Below are positions 51,701-61,646 of a stretch of DNA of 64,000 bases, in pieces. Position numbers and translations under genes: made by a program. The notes beneath the pieces were generated by a model that was given only the letters and a program-made list of their open reading frames with translations, had not been told where the DNA came from and did no database searches. The stretch is from Escherichia phage vB_EcoM-RPN242: the sequence record OL656110.1; one strand, given 5' to 3'. How positions within the stretch are numbered: position 1 is the stretch's first letter; every line of letters starts with the position of its first letter.

Positions 51701-53544
51701 TCAGCGCCATTTGCGTTCTTCACGCTGATCAGCTTGTAACCATCATGGTTCCCAAGTTGTGCGCTGGCCGCCGCAGTAAACGTCACAGTCTCGGTGACTT
51801 CGGTAACAGTCTTGGTCTTGATCGTCGCTGTGGTGCGGACCATCAATGCCAACAGGTTGATAGACTGGTTGGCGTACCCCGCGCCCAGGGAAATCTGTAG
51901 TGCTGAACCAACCGGAGTACCAGCCAGGGACAGTCCCGAAGAGATATCAAACTGAGCTGCAGTGCCATCTGCCTTCGCTGCGGAGTACAGTGAAAACTCA
52001 GGGCTGAAGCTGTAACCCAGAGGAGCAGAAATTGAGCCTGCACCAGCGGCGTTCAACGTGATCTTGTTTGACCGCAGGACAGTGTAGTTGATGTCGATGG
52101 TGCCTGTAGGTGCTAGAGTCTTCACACCAAATACAGGCAGAGGGAAGATCAGGTCAATCGCCGAACTCTGGCTGAACTGATTGGACTCCAGTTCGCAAGA
52201 GAACATCGTTGTACCGCTTTCTTCATAAGCGACTTTGGTCACCGTGCCCATGTCCCCAGTCACAACCAGGTCGCGCATATACAGACGGAATTCAGTACCA
52301 GAGCGCTCTGCCGAAATCAACAGGGCGGTGGCCTGCACATCGCTGGATGCGTTCAGGAACTTGTAGCGGATTGTGCGGGAGACAACCGGAACCCCTTTGG
52401 AGTTCTTGGACACCAGATAGTTTCCAGTCGAAACAGCCACAGGGTTGTTGTTCAGGATATCAGTGTCACGGGCTTTGTCAATTATGACCAGCTCTTCGCC
52501 GAGGTTTTCGATACGACGACCACGAACGTAGGAAATGCCTGGCTTCATAACCGCCACGAATTTGCTTTCATCACCGCCTTCAGCCGGAGTGTAAACGCCG
52601 CCGTTGTTGTTCTGTTTCAGATGTTCACGCAGGTCGATCTGGTGAGTAGAGACGTTGTAGTCACCATTGGTCTCATAGGTACGCTGAGCCATGGCGTCTT
52701 CGAGGATGTTGTACGTTGACTGGGTGACCATGGACTGAATGCGACCGTCTTTCACCTTCGCCAGTTCGACGAAGTCGGCCACTTCTTCATCATAACCGTA
52801 GCGAGACAACACGAGGTCGACGCGCAGGCGATGCGCACCAGGGGCTTTAGAGTTCGGAGTACCCTGAGCATTGGAGAACAGACTTTCATCTTCTGCTTCG
52901 GTCACGATTGTTTCTGTAACTTTGAAGCCAATGCGGTGAGATGTAGAGTTCGATGCGTTGTCTACGATCAGAGTGGCTGGTTCAACATCCAGGAACATAC
53001 CACGAACGAAATAAACACCCTTTGTCATGCGAGCGACAATCGAACCACCAACAGTATCGGCCACACCATAGCCGACACGGATGAAGTTATCGTTCACGTC
53101 ATAGGTGTTGAAATATAGATTGTCGCCAGCTTCGAAACCGTCTGAACTACCACTTTCAGTCATCTCTAAGATGGCATACATTGTATCTGGCTCAGCTGGA
53201 TAACGTTCCAAGGACAGGACGCGTGCTTTCGCATTGTTGTCCTTGCCCAGAACATAGAGTTCGGAGATACCTTCCAGATCAGTGAACTCACTACCACCAG
53301 CCAGAGTGAACTTCATGGACACAGCAGTGTTGGTGATCGTTAGGCCGCCGGGGATAACCATTGAACCGTCTTTGAACAGATGGTTGCCAAGTTTCTCCAG
53401 TTGATCCTGGAAGATGGTCTGCATCTGGTTCAGTTCACGCGTCTGAACTTTGATAGGTGCCGGACGGAATAGGATGCGCGAAAAACGCTTCTCTGGATTC
53501 CAGTCATCCCAATATGGGCGGCGGTTGAGGTTCATTTCTTGCAT
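48706..53544 (-). CDS. large tail/baseplate-associated structural protein (1612 aa)
   Basis: Very long ORF; start trimmed to the ATG with SD GGAG (MQEMNLN...); CTAAATAT motif 35 nt upstream; lies upstream of the tailspike cluster. Confidence 0.7.
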   Translation of the reverse strand: MQEMNLNRRPYWDDWNPEKRFSRILFRPAPIKVQTRELNQMQTIFQDQLEKLGNHLFKDGSMVIPGGLTITNTAVSMKFTLAGGSEFTDLEGISELYVLGKDNNAKARVLSLERYPAEPDTMYAILEMTESGSSDGFEAGDNLYFNTYDVNDNFIRVGYGVADTVGGSIVARMTKGVYFVRGMFLDVEPATLIVDNASNSTSHRIGFKVTETIVTEAEDESLFSNAQGTPNSKAPGAHRLRVDLVLSRYGYDEEVADFVELAKVKDGRIQSMVTQSTYNILEDAMAQRTYETNGDYNVSTHQIDLREHLKQNNNGGVYTPAEGGDESKFVAVMKPGISYVRGRRIENLGEELVIIDKARDTDILNNNPVAVSTGNYLVSKNSKGVPVVSRTIRYKFLNASSDVQATALLISAERSGTEFRLYMRDLVVTGDMGTVTKVAYEESGTTMFSCELESNQFSQSSAIDLIFPLPVFGVKTLAPTGTIDINYTVLRSNKITLNAAGAGSISAPLGYSFSPEFSLYSAAKADGTAAQFDISSGLSLAGTPVGSALQISLGAGYANQSINLLALMVRTTATIKTKTVTEVTETVTFTAAASAQLGNHDGYKLISVKNANGADVTSNFTLDGGQRDAAYYLSNLISSTGAISGTFTVVYQYFAHSSGDFFTADSYSSINYPDIPNYVSSSSGTVYGLADSLDFRPKITSGASDTDMVRPNTAIILDAEYYLPRIDAVYLADNGVFNVARGVSSNNLASPAIPDNGMRLYELMIPPYTANIDDIQIRTIDNRRYTMRDIGKLETRISNVEYYTSLSQLESSAMSQQVFDPITGNPRFKNGIAADPFKDFRLIDDLSADWVGSIDTDNGRLRPFVQQNAIDLTPVGWNNVQDGMVVCNYTREISVRQDYATTTINVNPYAVFNWEGFLKLNPTTDYWFENYYVTPRVVNETINTRGAIKEGSVYGTWRTVSVSERVWEPHGAGGVWWGYRYRTTVSTRDVTTYTYTDKTTTTLTGEQIVETQVIPYMRKTNINFEATGLRPFTRVYPFFSGRDVSAYCTPNGGVLGGALNTDANGNIKGVFAVPQNETIKFNTGDNVFRLTDSPVDSKSADDTLTNAEAVHKSFGKKQGIQKTYVNTRVLGYTATKSTENKTETVEVAKWKDPIAQSFMVATNIGGEYIEGIEVFFSTKSRDIPITLEIREMSNGLPATTVVTRKTLNPSEVSISTDSSVPTMFKFDYPVYLQAQTEFAIVLLANTQDYNAYIAEMGKKNLLTNEFIAKQPYTGVFFTSSNGTTWTPNQTADMKFRVYRCNFSAGSNIVTFDAKVGPKIRPLGLNTVKCVNGSSTVTVYAPGHGLTAGESVTLSGLTGGCGFTPEQLNAQHTVTDATFTTFKFVLSSNADSDGQIGGEAASFLGNYLVDMFYASVTNSALEGSVLKLEYRYRDATSNSFSDWVEFESDTDVSLPTEGIYRQVGDFQVRATMTRNESNVYTAPMIDGDDFTIIFNTYGVDPFEDVFSYVTKDIGFDNPCTTLKQYFGAMLPSQSSMTVQVKLLRAGQEMDNVAWETVTPTSPLVNDGSAFFEYEYDKTVDSTNPFVGLKIRLLVRGNRIAPPSFKDFRLIALA

Positions 53545-53578
53545 TTTGATGCTCCATCGATAGGTGCCATTATAGAGA

Positions 53579-53585
53579 TATTTAG
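53579..53585 (-). promoter_or_regulatory. late-promoter-like motif CTAAATAT upstream of 1612-aa tail protein gene
   Basis: About 35 nt upstream of ATG 53544. Confidence 0.45.
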
Positions 53586-53947
53586 TATACAACCAACCGA
53601 GGAATAGAAAGAAATAAGCCCGAAGGGGCTTTGATTATCTTTCTGTGGTTATGGTCATGGATTCAAGACCTCCGCATTCTTCAGGAACTATTGCAGGGGT
53701 GCTGGTACAGCCAGGGAATGGAGAACGCAAACAAGGCGAACCAATGGAACCACAGTAGTAGGTTCAGATGCTAGTGTTAAGGTACAGGGTACAGACATTG
53801 CCAACAGAGATAACGTATTAGCCACTTACACACTTGGTTCGACAGACCCTTTCATGGTAGAAGGTATTCAATTGGGTATGTTTAATATCTCTGGGCAAGT
53901 AATCACCTTAACAGCAGTATCAATTAGGGTAATGCAAACAGTAAATT

Positions 53948-53978
53948 CTATATAAGAAAAGACCCCAAATGGGGTCTT
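53948..53978 (-). terminator. intrinsic terminator after tailspike 1
   Basis: AAGACCCCA/TGGGGTCTT hairpin followed on the minus strand by TTTTCTTATATAG. Confidence 0.6.
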
Positions 53979-53995
53979 AGTTTTACAGTTATAAG

Positions 53996-56221
53996 TCACG
54001 CTTCTGGCGAGGGGATAGTAAACCAATCGGACGCTGTTCCTGTTGTAGTGCCTTTATGCCTCCAGCCACTAACAGTTCTTTTTACCGTAGGGCTATCCTG
54101 CCAACCTGTTGCCGGGAGAAAGAAATTCCTCACTGGGGCGGGGTTTAACGCTCCAGTAGCTGGCGTGGCGGTTCCAGTCTGAGATGATACGAAGGTGGTT
54201 ACTGTTGAGTAATCTATTACGTTATCATCATGAAACGCATTCGTGTATAGATTTGCGGGTGCTGAGTTAACGAAGAATGCCGTAGTAACCCCGCTAACCT
54301 TGTTTCTATATACGTTGTTCCATCTACAGTTACCACCAAGGCGTATACCCTCAGAATCAGAAGCCCCCGCAATGGTGTTACTATCTATGTCACAATATTG
54401 GAAACTTTGAGCTACTAAAAACCGGCAACTATTACGCGTAACCCTGCCGTAAGTAGACGTACCATTGGCATAGTAAACTGTTATATTGCCAGATGTTAAA
54501 CAGTCTTTAATCGAGAAATTGGTCATAGGGCTAGTAAGGTATACACTGCCAGTACCTTTCACTGTAATGTTTATATTTTTTCTAACTGTCAGGGTGTATG
54601 CGGGCGCGCTATACATACTGACTATATACCCGTTCGCCCCTGTATTTACAGGGACATTTGCATCCACTGTCACATAATCACAGTCCTTAATTAATATCGC
54701 AGCGGTTGTTTGAGCGCCAGTCTTTACGAATCTAATAGACGGGTTTGTGATGGTAAAGTTCTGGCATTGCTCCATAAAGATAACGCCTGATACTTGATCG
54801 TCTGCCGCCAGCGAGTCTACAACAATACGCTGAGCACCAAATGCCCCCATAACCCCATACTTTCCGCCTTTAATATAATCAGCATGGGTGTTGCAGTCGA
54901 AGCATTTTGCACCAAAATATATACCTCCGTTGTTGGCCGTAGGTTTTAGGGTGTTATGGGATGTACGGATGTTACGGCAGCCAGCATAAGATATTATTTG
55001 CGCATCCCCACCGGTCCCTCCAATGTGGGTCGTACCTGTAACAGTACAATCTGTAGATCCGTAACCAAAAAATATATTACCATTTCCGACACGCCCGGTA
55101 TGGGTAGTGTTGTGGTACACCACACCGTACGCGTTATCATGCCTTGAACCGCCATTTCCATTATAATCAAAAACAGTACCATGGAACTCTATAAGCGAAG
55201 CCCCCACAGATTGGTACATGTAGCTAGACCCTGACGCAGAATTTTTTAAGATTCCCCCGATGAACTTAGTAGCGTTGCCTTTTATAAGATAAATAACCGA
55301 ATTGGTGGTAGTTAGGTCCCACGGTAAAGCCGTTGCTAAATTTACGGTAGCACCTGATATGGACGAGATTAAAAAAGATTCGCCTTGGTATCCGGTTACA
55401 TCCGGATTCTGTGCGTTGGCAATATACCAAGCGTCACTTGTGTCCTCAGTGCGTATTACCAACGCCCGAGTATACCCAGTTCCTGCCACCTCAGATGTTA
55501 ATGTGATGGACGTTGCTCCGGAAGCCGCAGGGGAAAGCAAGCTGAATTGGCTCTCGCTGACGAAATTAAGAGCATTAGCGGTCAATGATGTCAACCCAGC
55601 ACCGTGACCGAAAGTAAAAATCGTACCTTTTGGTATGTTGACTTGTGAATGGGAAATTGTCATGCCCGGAGGAACAAAAACATTCCCCGAGTTAATGGCT
55701 AACTGTAAACTAGATGCCTCATCAGACCCATCACCGACAACCCCAAAAGCACGCACGTCCCGTAAATTAGGATCTGTCTGCGGCTTCCAGTCAGCGTTAC
55801 CAACTGGGTTAGTTCCTGCGACAATAGTTACAGGTAAGGAACCTAAGTAGGTGTAACCTATGCCATTATAAAATAGTAATTCATTTCTAGTATTCACAAC
55901 TAAACCAGTAGCAAACGAGTCGGATAGGTTCACGAACTCTCTACGTGTAGCAGCCAGTTCCCCCAAATCAACTGTGCCTGCGGAATGAACCAGGACTGCA
56001 TGTTTATTGAGGCTTACGGCAGTGGTTCCTACTGGAAGTACAGGTAATGAGTAAGCACGTTGGGTAGACTTGTCATAGATTACTTTGTAGCCACCCAAGT
56101 CCACTCCCACAGCAAAGTAGACTACTTCATTTTGCTTAACACCAAACTTACGAGCAATGGCTTGCTTATTGGTAAGAATACCAGTAGAGCCTTTACCGCC
56201 TTGTGAGAACATTTCGTTCAT
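53996..56221 (-). CDS. tailspike protein 1 (beta-helix type)
   Basis: 741 aa; N-terminal module NKQAIARKFGVKQNEVVYF...VLVHSAGTVDLGELA is shared with the other tailspikes; C-terminus is repetitive and Gly/Asn/Thr-rich, typical of a parallel beta-helix. Confidence 0.75.
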   Translation of the reverse strand: MNEMFSQGGKGSTGILTNKQAIARKFGVKQNEVVYFAVGVDLGGYKVIYDKSTQRAYSLPVLPVGTTAVSLNKHAVLVHSAGTVDLGELAATRREFVNLSDSFATGLVVNTRNELLFYNGIGYTYLGSLPVTIVAGTNPVGNADWKPQTDPNLRDVRAFGVVGDGSDEASSLQLAINSGNVFVPPGMTISHSQVNIPKGTIFTFGHGAGLTSLTANALNFVSESQFSLLSPAASGATSITLTSEVAGTGYTRALVIRTEDTSDAWYIANAQNPDVTGYQGESFLISSISGATVNLATALPWDLTTTNSVIYLIKGNATKFIGGILKNSASGSSYMYQSVGASLIEFHGTVFDYNGNGGSRHDNAYGVVYHNTTHTGRVGNGNIFFGYGSTDCTVTGTTHIGGTGGDAQIISYAGCRNIRTSHNTLKPTANNGGIYFGAKCFDCNTHADYIKGGKYGVMGAFGAQRIVVDSLAADDQVSGVIFMEQCQNFTITNPSIRFVKTGAQTTAAILIKDCDYVTVDANVPVNTGANGYIVSMYSAPAYTLTVRKNINITVKGTGSVYLTSPMTNFSIKDCLTSGNITVYYANGTSTYGRVTRNSCRFLVAQSFQYCDIDSNTIAGASDSEGIRLGGNCRWNNVYRNKVSGVTTAFFVNSAPANLYTNAFHDDNVIDYSTVTTFVSSQTGTATPATGALNPAPVRNFFLPATGWQDSPTVKRTVSGWRHKGTTTGTASDWFTIPSPEA

Positions 56222-56497
56222 AATGACCTCTTTGTTTTTCTAAGTAAGCCTCCCAACGTGGGGAGGCATGTAAGTAAAGTTATTTACCGATTCTCAATTC
56301 AGCTAACCAACCTAGAATTTGTTTATTGATTCTAGACGGGTAAGCAGCCTCTAACCATGCACATCGGTCTGGTATTAAACCTCACCTTGAACCAGCAGGA
56401 GTAACAAATTCTTTCCATCCTTTCTGTAGAACTCAGGTATACGCTTCTTTAATACCATTATTACCAACAATACTTGCATACACAACAGACACTAAAC

Positions 56498-56530
56498 TCT
56501 ATATAAGAAAAGGTCCCGAATGGGACCTTT
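56498..56530 (-). terminator. intrinsic terminator after tailspike 2
   Basis: AGGTCCC-gaat-GGGACCT hairpin followed on the minus strand by TTTCTTATATAG; the same flanking motif CTATATAAGAAAAG as at 53948. Confidence 0.55.
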
Positions 56531-56539
56531 ATAATAAAA

Positions 56540-58963
56540 TTAAGGGCTAACCCGATACCACCCGTCGTAGCTAATATACAAACGTTTACCGGACACAACT
56601 GCATCAATGCGAAGCGTTTTTTCACCTTCAGTAAAGAACGCTCCTCCAGTGTTCCCGATGTTCATTCGAAAGCTGGCTGGAATATTTCCAGAGGTAAAAC
56701 CGATGTCCCCGTTGTTCACCCCTGTTACTGCTATGTATGCGTAATCCCGCGCGACAGGAAATCCTGTCACAGATATGAACTGACTGGTGCCGGAACTCCA
56801 TTCAATTGTCACATCAAACACACCGAATATATGAGCAAAATCTCCGACATAATTTATGTTATGTACGGTATACTCGCCGTATGATATCACCGCATTGGTG
56901 CCTGATTGAACTGTAATTTCAGGCGAACCGGGGTCATTCGCTAAGAAAGTACGGTCTGGTCTGATTTTGGCGGATGAATTCGCCACCGTTCTGGTAACGT
57001 TGTTGAGCCAACCGGCCTCCACCGGATCCCCATTTCGCGTAGACCTTACAATGTTGTTACGCAATATTGCGTTAAAAAACGTAATATCGGAGATGTAAAT
57101 ATTATGGTGCTGCCCGGCTACGGCCCCGCCAAACAACATCCCATTAGAGTTGTACTCATAAGATACGTTGTTCTCAATGATGCTGTTGCGCGCCACTCCA
57201 TTTAATTCTAGCCATGATATGTTAGACGGGCCTGTGTAATCAGAACCAAGTCTAATACTGGTGTTATTGGTGAATGAGCTATGGTCGAAATTATCCAATC
57301 TCCAGTTAATACCCAGAGTGCCTTCTTGACCATTCCCAGTTACCGTTACCCCTAGCAGGTTCTGTAATATATAGCCATAACACACTCTTGTCCTGTCCGG
57401 ATAATAGTCGTTCCTGTTAGTGTGATCACAGGCATTAGCCTCTATAACAGAGTATTTAAGATCCCGATAGCAATGCCCATAATCACGGCAACTATTACTA
57501 TAGTTAGTAGATATTACGCATGAAGTGCCGTTGTTTATAAATATCCCACCGAGACATGCGGTAACGCGGTTGTTTCCTACTCGCGACGCAAATACAACAG
57601 GGAGAATTAGCCCATACTTGCAATCGTAAATATAGACGTCTTCTATCGTGGCGTCGGATACCACGCCTGCATTTACGATACCAAATTCTACCGCGTGGTT
57701 TTCCGTTGTAGTTTTTGTCCCATGCAGAGTAACCCCTGTGATGACACCGGACCATCTTGAACTACTAGAATCCCCTAAACAAATAACCGCATTCATATCT
57801 GTAGGCAGGGTTCCGGTATATCCTCCAGATAGTGCAGGCGCCGTCACCAGAACTGTAACGGTAGTGGATGTCGTTTTCGTTATAGTAACTGATTCGCGAC
57901 TTCTCCCTATTACTGATACATTCGATGGTAGAGCAAGAGTACTGCTTATTTTATAGTTACCATCCGGGAAATAAACCACGCCTTTTGTGGTGCTGGCATA
58001 AGCTATAGCTGCTTTTATAGCTACCGTATCATCAGTAGCTCCGTCACCAACAGCACCAAAATCTTTAACGTTATAGTAGTCTTTAAAATGGCTATCAATG
58101 GTTCGCTTAATTGCAGAAGAAACACCAGATAAGCCAGAATTTACTAATGTTCCCCCATCAGTAACCATAGCCGTTTTATATACCTGCAACTCATTCTCCA
58201 CTGGAGTTACATCATTGGGTGCAGGGAGCAGGTCAACAACAATCCCACCAGGATTGTATGTTAGTTGGTCACCATTAACGGAAGAAATATATACGTTAGT
58301 AGGCAATGTAGGCAACCCATATGCCTTCTGCTCACTAACAGAATAAATAATCTTCTTACCATTGAGGGACTGAGTAGTATCGGTGCTAAGAATTACTTCA
58401 CTATCTTTAACGTTAGTAGCACGAGCGATTTCTTGAATACTTCGGTCAAACAACGGACTGATATTCGGTTGTTTAACAGACATTTCAGCGACTACCCAAA
58501 CGCCTGCTGTCAGCGCAGTTTGTAAAGACACTTTCCCTGTCGTGCTGTCATAGGAATATTCAATTTCGGGTGTTTTGTACTCACCACCGATATAAAGAGA
58601 TTGGACTCCATAAGATGTGTAATCAGGAGTGAACTCGGTTTCACCTCCTATAGCCTGAAACTTATAGATTCGAATCCCAGTTTTATAATCTTCTGGAGAC
58701 AGAATCTTATCAAACAGACAGAACACAACGTCACCTTTGGATAATGCGCGTCCGAGATTTAACGTATTTCCATCGATTTCAAAGTTGTCTAACGGAACTT
58801 GCATACCACCGTTGATTGTGACTATACCAGTGACAGGGTAGAAAGGGAGGGAGATAAACTTCTCTCCGCCCGTTGCTGTGTAAGTGTATGGAATCTGGTG
58901 CGGAGCTGTTACGACCGCTCCAAAGATGCTCTCGACGTTTCTGGTCATTTGAAAATACCCCAT
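56540..58963 (-). CDS. tailspike protein 2 with extended N-terminal anchor and pectate-lyase-like beta-helix
   Basis: 807 aa; an N-terminal region of about 200 aa precedes the shared ARATNVKDSEV module; YNVKDFGAVGDGATDDT is the pectate-lyase-superfamily signature. Confidence 0.8.
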   Translation of the reverse strand: MGYFQMTRNVESIFGAVVTAPHQIPYTYTATGGEKFISLPFYPVTGIVTINGGMQVPLDNFEIDGNTLNLGRALSKGDVVFCLFDKILSPEDYKTGIRIYKFQAIGGETEFTPDYTSYGVQSLYIGGEYKTPEIEYSYDSTTGKVSLQTALTAGVWVVAEMSVKQPNISPLFDRSIQEIARATNVKDSEVILSTDTTQSLNGKKIIYSVSEQKAYGLPTLPTNVYISSVNGDQLTYNPGGIVVDLLPAPNDVTPVENELQVYKTAMVTDGGTLVNSGLSGVSSAIKRTIDSHFKDYYNVKDFGAVGDGATDDTVAIKAAIAYASTTKGVVYFPDGNYKISSTLALPSNVSVIGRSRESVTITKTTSTTVTVLVTAPALSGGYTGTLPTDMNAVICLGDSSSSRWSGVITGVTLHGTKTTTENHAVEFGIVNAGVVSDATIEDVYIYDCKYGLILPVVFASRVGNNRVTACLGGIFINNGTSCVISTNYSNSCRDYGHCYRDLKYSVIEANACDHTNRNDYYPDRTRVCYGYILQNLLGVTVTGNGQEGTLGINWRLDNFDHSSFTNNTSIRLGSDYTGPSNISWLELNGVARNSIIENNVSYEYNSNGMLFGGAVAGQHHNIYISDITFFNAILRNNIVRSTRNGDPVEAGWLNNVTRTVANSSAKIRPDRTFLANDPGSPEITVQSGTNAVISYGEYTVHNINYVGDFAHIFGVFDVTIEWSSGTSQFISVTGFPVARDYAYIAVTGVNNGDIGFTSGNIPASFRMNIGNTGGAFFTEGEKTLRIDAVVSGKRLYISYDGWYRVSP

Positions 58964-58984
58964 AAAGGATTTGCCAATATGGGG

Positions 58985-58991
58985 TATTTAG
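58985..58991 (-). promoter_or_regulatory. late-promoter-like motif CTAAATACCCC upstream of tailspike 2
   Basis: Part of a conserved cassette repeated at 61647. Confidence 0.45.
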
Positions 58992-59014
58992 TCTGAACTA
59001 ATAAATTTATAAAC

Positions 59015-59044
59015 AAATGTATAGAGAAACCCCGCCGAAGCGGG
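59015..59044 (-). terminator. intrinsic terminator after tailspike 3
   Basis: CCCCGC-cgaa-GCGGGG hairpin, the same core as at 34187 and 61693; T-rich on both sides. Confidence 0.6.
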
Positions 59045-59066
59045 GCTAGTTTTTATTTGTGGTGTG

Positions 59067-61616
59067 TCAATTGAGTTTTGATATCTCTACAGTTATACCG
59101 AATACGTTATTCGGTCTACTTGTGGTTGTAGCTATAGTTAGCTCAAAGAAATGCGCGTTTATATCTGGTGACTGTGTGTATCCCGCAGAATTAGTTAATG
59201 TTACATTGAGTGATATGTCCGAATCTGTTACGCCGTTTATGCGAATTTCATTCACAGGTCCTGATAGCGACGCGGCGGAAGTTGCACCTATCTTATGATT
59301 TACCAGGTACGTCTTCTCAATATAAGCAACGGATCCCCCATTATTATATGAAGAGCACGACTTAACTTTTACCAGTAGGTTTTGCGATTCTAATGTTCCA
59401 TAGTTATCAAAAATCTTTAAAACTTTGTTAGCAGATGCACCAGAAATGCTTCCACAGTTCACTTCCCATAATGTAGTTCTATTCGCATTCGGTGCGTTCT
59501 CATACATGTAGAAACTACCATCTGGAATTACCCTGTTGTTTATTAATGTTTTCAGATTTCCGCAGTTACCTATTAGTCTCACGTGGGCATTGATGTTTGT
59601 TAATGTTACTGTTTTTATTTTTGATTCTGTGTTTGCGCACCTAATAGAACCACCCATGCAGTTAATATTTTCGTAATAGACATTACCAGCTTGCCACGGT
59701 AACGCGAAAATATCGTCCGCCCGGTTTTTATAATTGAGCGCAACATTAGCAGCAATCCAGTCTCGGTGCATAGAAGAATCACCAGTAAATGTGACGATAC
59801 CTATTTGAGGGTCTTCTGCTGGGGTTGTGCCCAAACTGGCAACTATATTGATATCTGTCAGCTCACCACCAAGACATCTTATATTTGGCATATCATATTC
59901 TTCGGTGGCAAATACGTTACGCCATTTAGCATCAAAACCAGCGTGCGAGTCCATCGTGGCGAAGTTATTATAACCGAAGCACTTTTTAACCTCGAACTTG
60001 TTGAACCATGTTGTTGGGGAGGCAGCATGTCTACAGAATGATGCTGTGATGCTATCAACAACTGTATCGTAAGTGCCCGCCGCAGGGCTGATAGGATACT
60101 GACACCTATTAGCAACTACATTGCCAATCCTTGGCATATAGCAAGCTATTAATAAGTACGAGGAACCACCACTGGTTTCCACGTCACCAGAAAAGACTGG
60201 CATATAAAAACCACGGAACCATGAAGATGAAACCCCAAATGATGCGGTGCCTATATTAACAAAAGATGAGTTATCACGGTTGTTAAAGTGCTCCATCTTG
60301 AAGTTATTGAAAATCAACCTTACCGGTTTGTACCTGTTAACCTTAACGTTGTTTGCTACTAGATGATCGAATAGCGCTGGCCTATCAACTTTCATATTAG
60401 AACCAGATTCACGCTCTGCAATAAACAACTCCCTTGAGTTAAAATTCCACTGAGTCTCGTACGTCTTGTTGTCCTCTATATAAATCAAATCACCCTCTAC
60501 AGCCCCAGCCACCCGCGCAACTGTGGAGCCGCTTACCATATCAGCTAGAAGTGAAGACTGAATCTCGGTTGATGACAGGTGCATTTCCACCCCATCAGAG
60601 GCCCCGAACAGCTTTATGCCAGACCAATCAACAACTAAGTTTTTATCAATCGACAATAGTTCTATATTACTGGTTACAGTAACCTCACCGACTGACCTGA
60701 AGTATCCACGGCACCCGGATGTGTAAGCTACAGTCAGGAATTCAGATATAGTCTGGCCTGATACAGACCCTCCAGCGGTTATGCCGAAATCATCTCCGCA
60801 AATCGCGCTTATAGGGGTAAATGATGTTAATGCCGGCTGGGAAGCAGACCTGACCCACATTGTACCGCCGGTTGAGCATACCGAATCTACAGGTAACTCT
60901 GCCTCCGTGGACGCAATCATCTCGTAAAAAGAGGAGAAATGTTTGTATATTCCAGCAACTTTGTAACCACCAGTTATAGGATTAGTCCCAGCGACAACTA
61001 TACCAGCAGGACCGGAGAACGCCTTACCAGTGCGTTCTTGTAGTAGCACATCGTTGGCGTTCACTAGTGTACCGCCCGACTCAAAGCTACCATCTACTAG
61101 ATTATAGCCTGCTGTTGCATAGCTACGGCGCAACGCCTCACGGGTCTGTGTACTTGTGAACTGATTGGAGCACCTAATATAACCACTCCCTGGAAGAGTA
61201 GGGTCTGTGCCAGCAGGAACTACTTTAGGTAATGCCCCATCCCAACGGTACTTCCCATCTGTAAAGACAACTAATTCATTCTTGGTATTAACTGTTACAC
61301 CGGTATCAAATGACCCAGACAATGTGACGTACTCTTCACGAGATACAGCCAATTCCCCGAGATCTACAGAACCTGCTGAATGTACCAGGATTGCCTGTTC
61401 GTTCAGACTTATCGCAGTCGTTCCTGAAACAATACCTGAAGGAAGAGAATAAGCCCGTTGGGTAGACTCATCATAAATTACTTTAAATCCACTGAGATCA
61501 ATACCAGCAGTGAAATAAATGACTTCGTCTTCTTTGACACCGAAATTTCGAGCGATAGATTGTTTGTTAACTTCTATGGAAGTGGAGCCGCGTGGTTGAT
61601 TGAATTGAGAAATCAT
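59067..61616 (-). CDS. tailspike protein 3
   Basis: 849 aa; N-terminus VNKQSIARNFGVKEDEVIYF and a 60-aa block nearly identical to tailspike 4. Confidence 0.75.
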   Translation of the reverse strand: MISQFNQPRGSTSIEVNKQSIARNFGVKEDEVIYFTAGIDLSGFKVIYDESTQRAYSLPSGIVSGTTAISLNEQAILVHSAGSVDLGELAVSREEYVTLSGSFDTGVTVNTKNELVVFTDGKYRWDGALPKVVPAGTDPTLPGSGYIRCSNQFTSTQTREALRRSYATAGYNLVDGSFESGGTLVNANDVLLQERTGKAFSGPAGIVVAGTNPITGGYKVAGIYKHFSSFYEMIASTEAELPVDSVCSTGGTMWVRSASQPALTSFTPISAICGDDFGITAGGSVSGQTISEFLTVAYTSGCRGYFRSVGEVTVTSNIELLSIDKNLVVDWSGIKLFGASDGVEMHLSSTEIQSSLLADMVSGSTVARVAGAVEGDLIYIEDNKTYETQWNFNSRELFIAERESGSNMKVDRPALFDHLVANNVKVNRYKPVRLIFNNFKMEHFNNRDNSSFVNIGTASFGVSSSWFRGFYMPVFSGDVETSGGSSYLLIACYMPRIGNVVANRCQYPISPAAGTYDTVVDSITASFCRHAASPTTWFNKFEVKKCFGYNNFATMDSHAGFDAKWRNVFATEEYDMPNIRCLGGELTDINIVASLGTTPAEDPQIGIVTFTGDSSMHRDWIAANVALNYKNRADDIFALPWQAGNVYYENINCMGGSIRCANTESKIKTVTLTNINAHVRLIGNCGNLKTLINNRVIPDGSFYMYENAPNANRTTLWEVNCGSISGASANKVLKIFDNYGTLESQNLLVKVKSCSSYNNGGSVAYIEKTYLVNHKIGATSAASLSGPVNEIRINGVTDSDISLNVTLTNSAGYTQSPDINAHFFELTIATTTSRPNNVFGITVEISKLN
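61239..61385 (-). repeat. near-identical coding repeat in tailspike 3 N-terminal module
   Basis: About 145 bp with only a few mismatches against 63519-63665; encodes the shared VLVHSAGSVDLGELAVSREEYVTLSGSFDTGVTVNTKNELVVFTDGKYRWDG block. Confidence 0.8.
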
Positions 61617-61646
61617 GATAATACCCCAAGAATGACCAATATGGGG

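Larger units (their letters stand above)
58964..59066 (-). repeat. conserved intergenic cassette upstream of tailspike 2 (copy 1)
   Basis: About 85 bp that align with 61617-61715: start-codon hairpin, CTAAATACCCC motif and the CCCCGC-cgaa-GCGGGG terminator. Confidence 0.65.
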
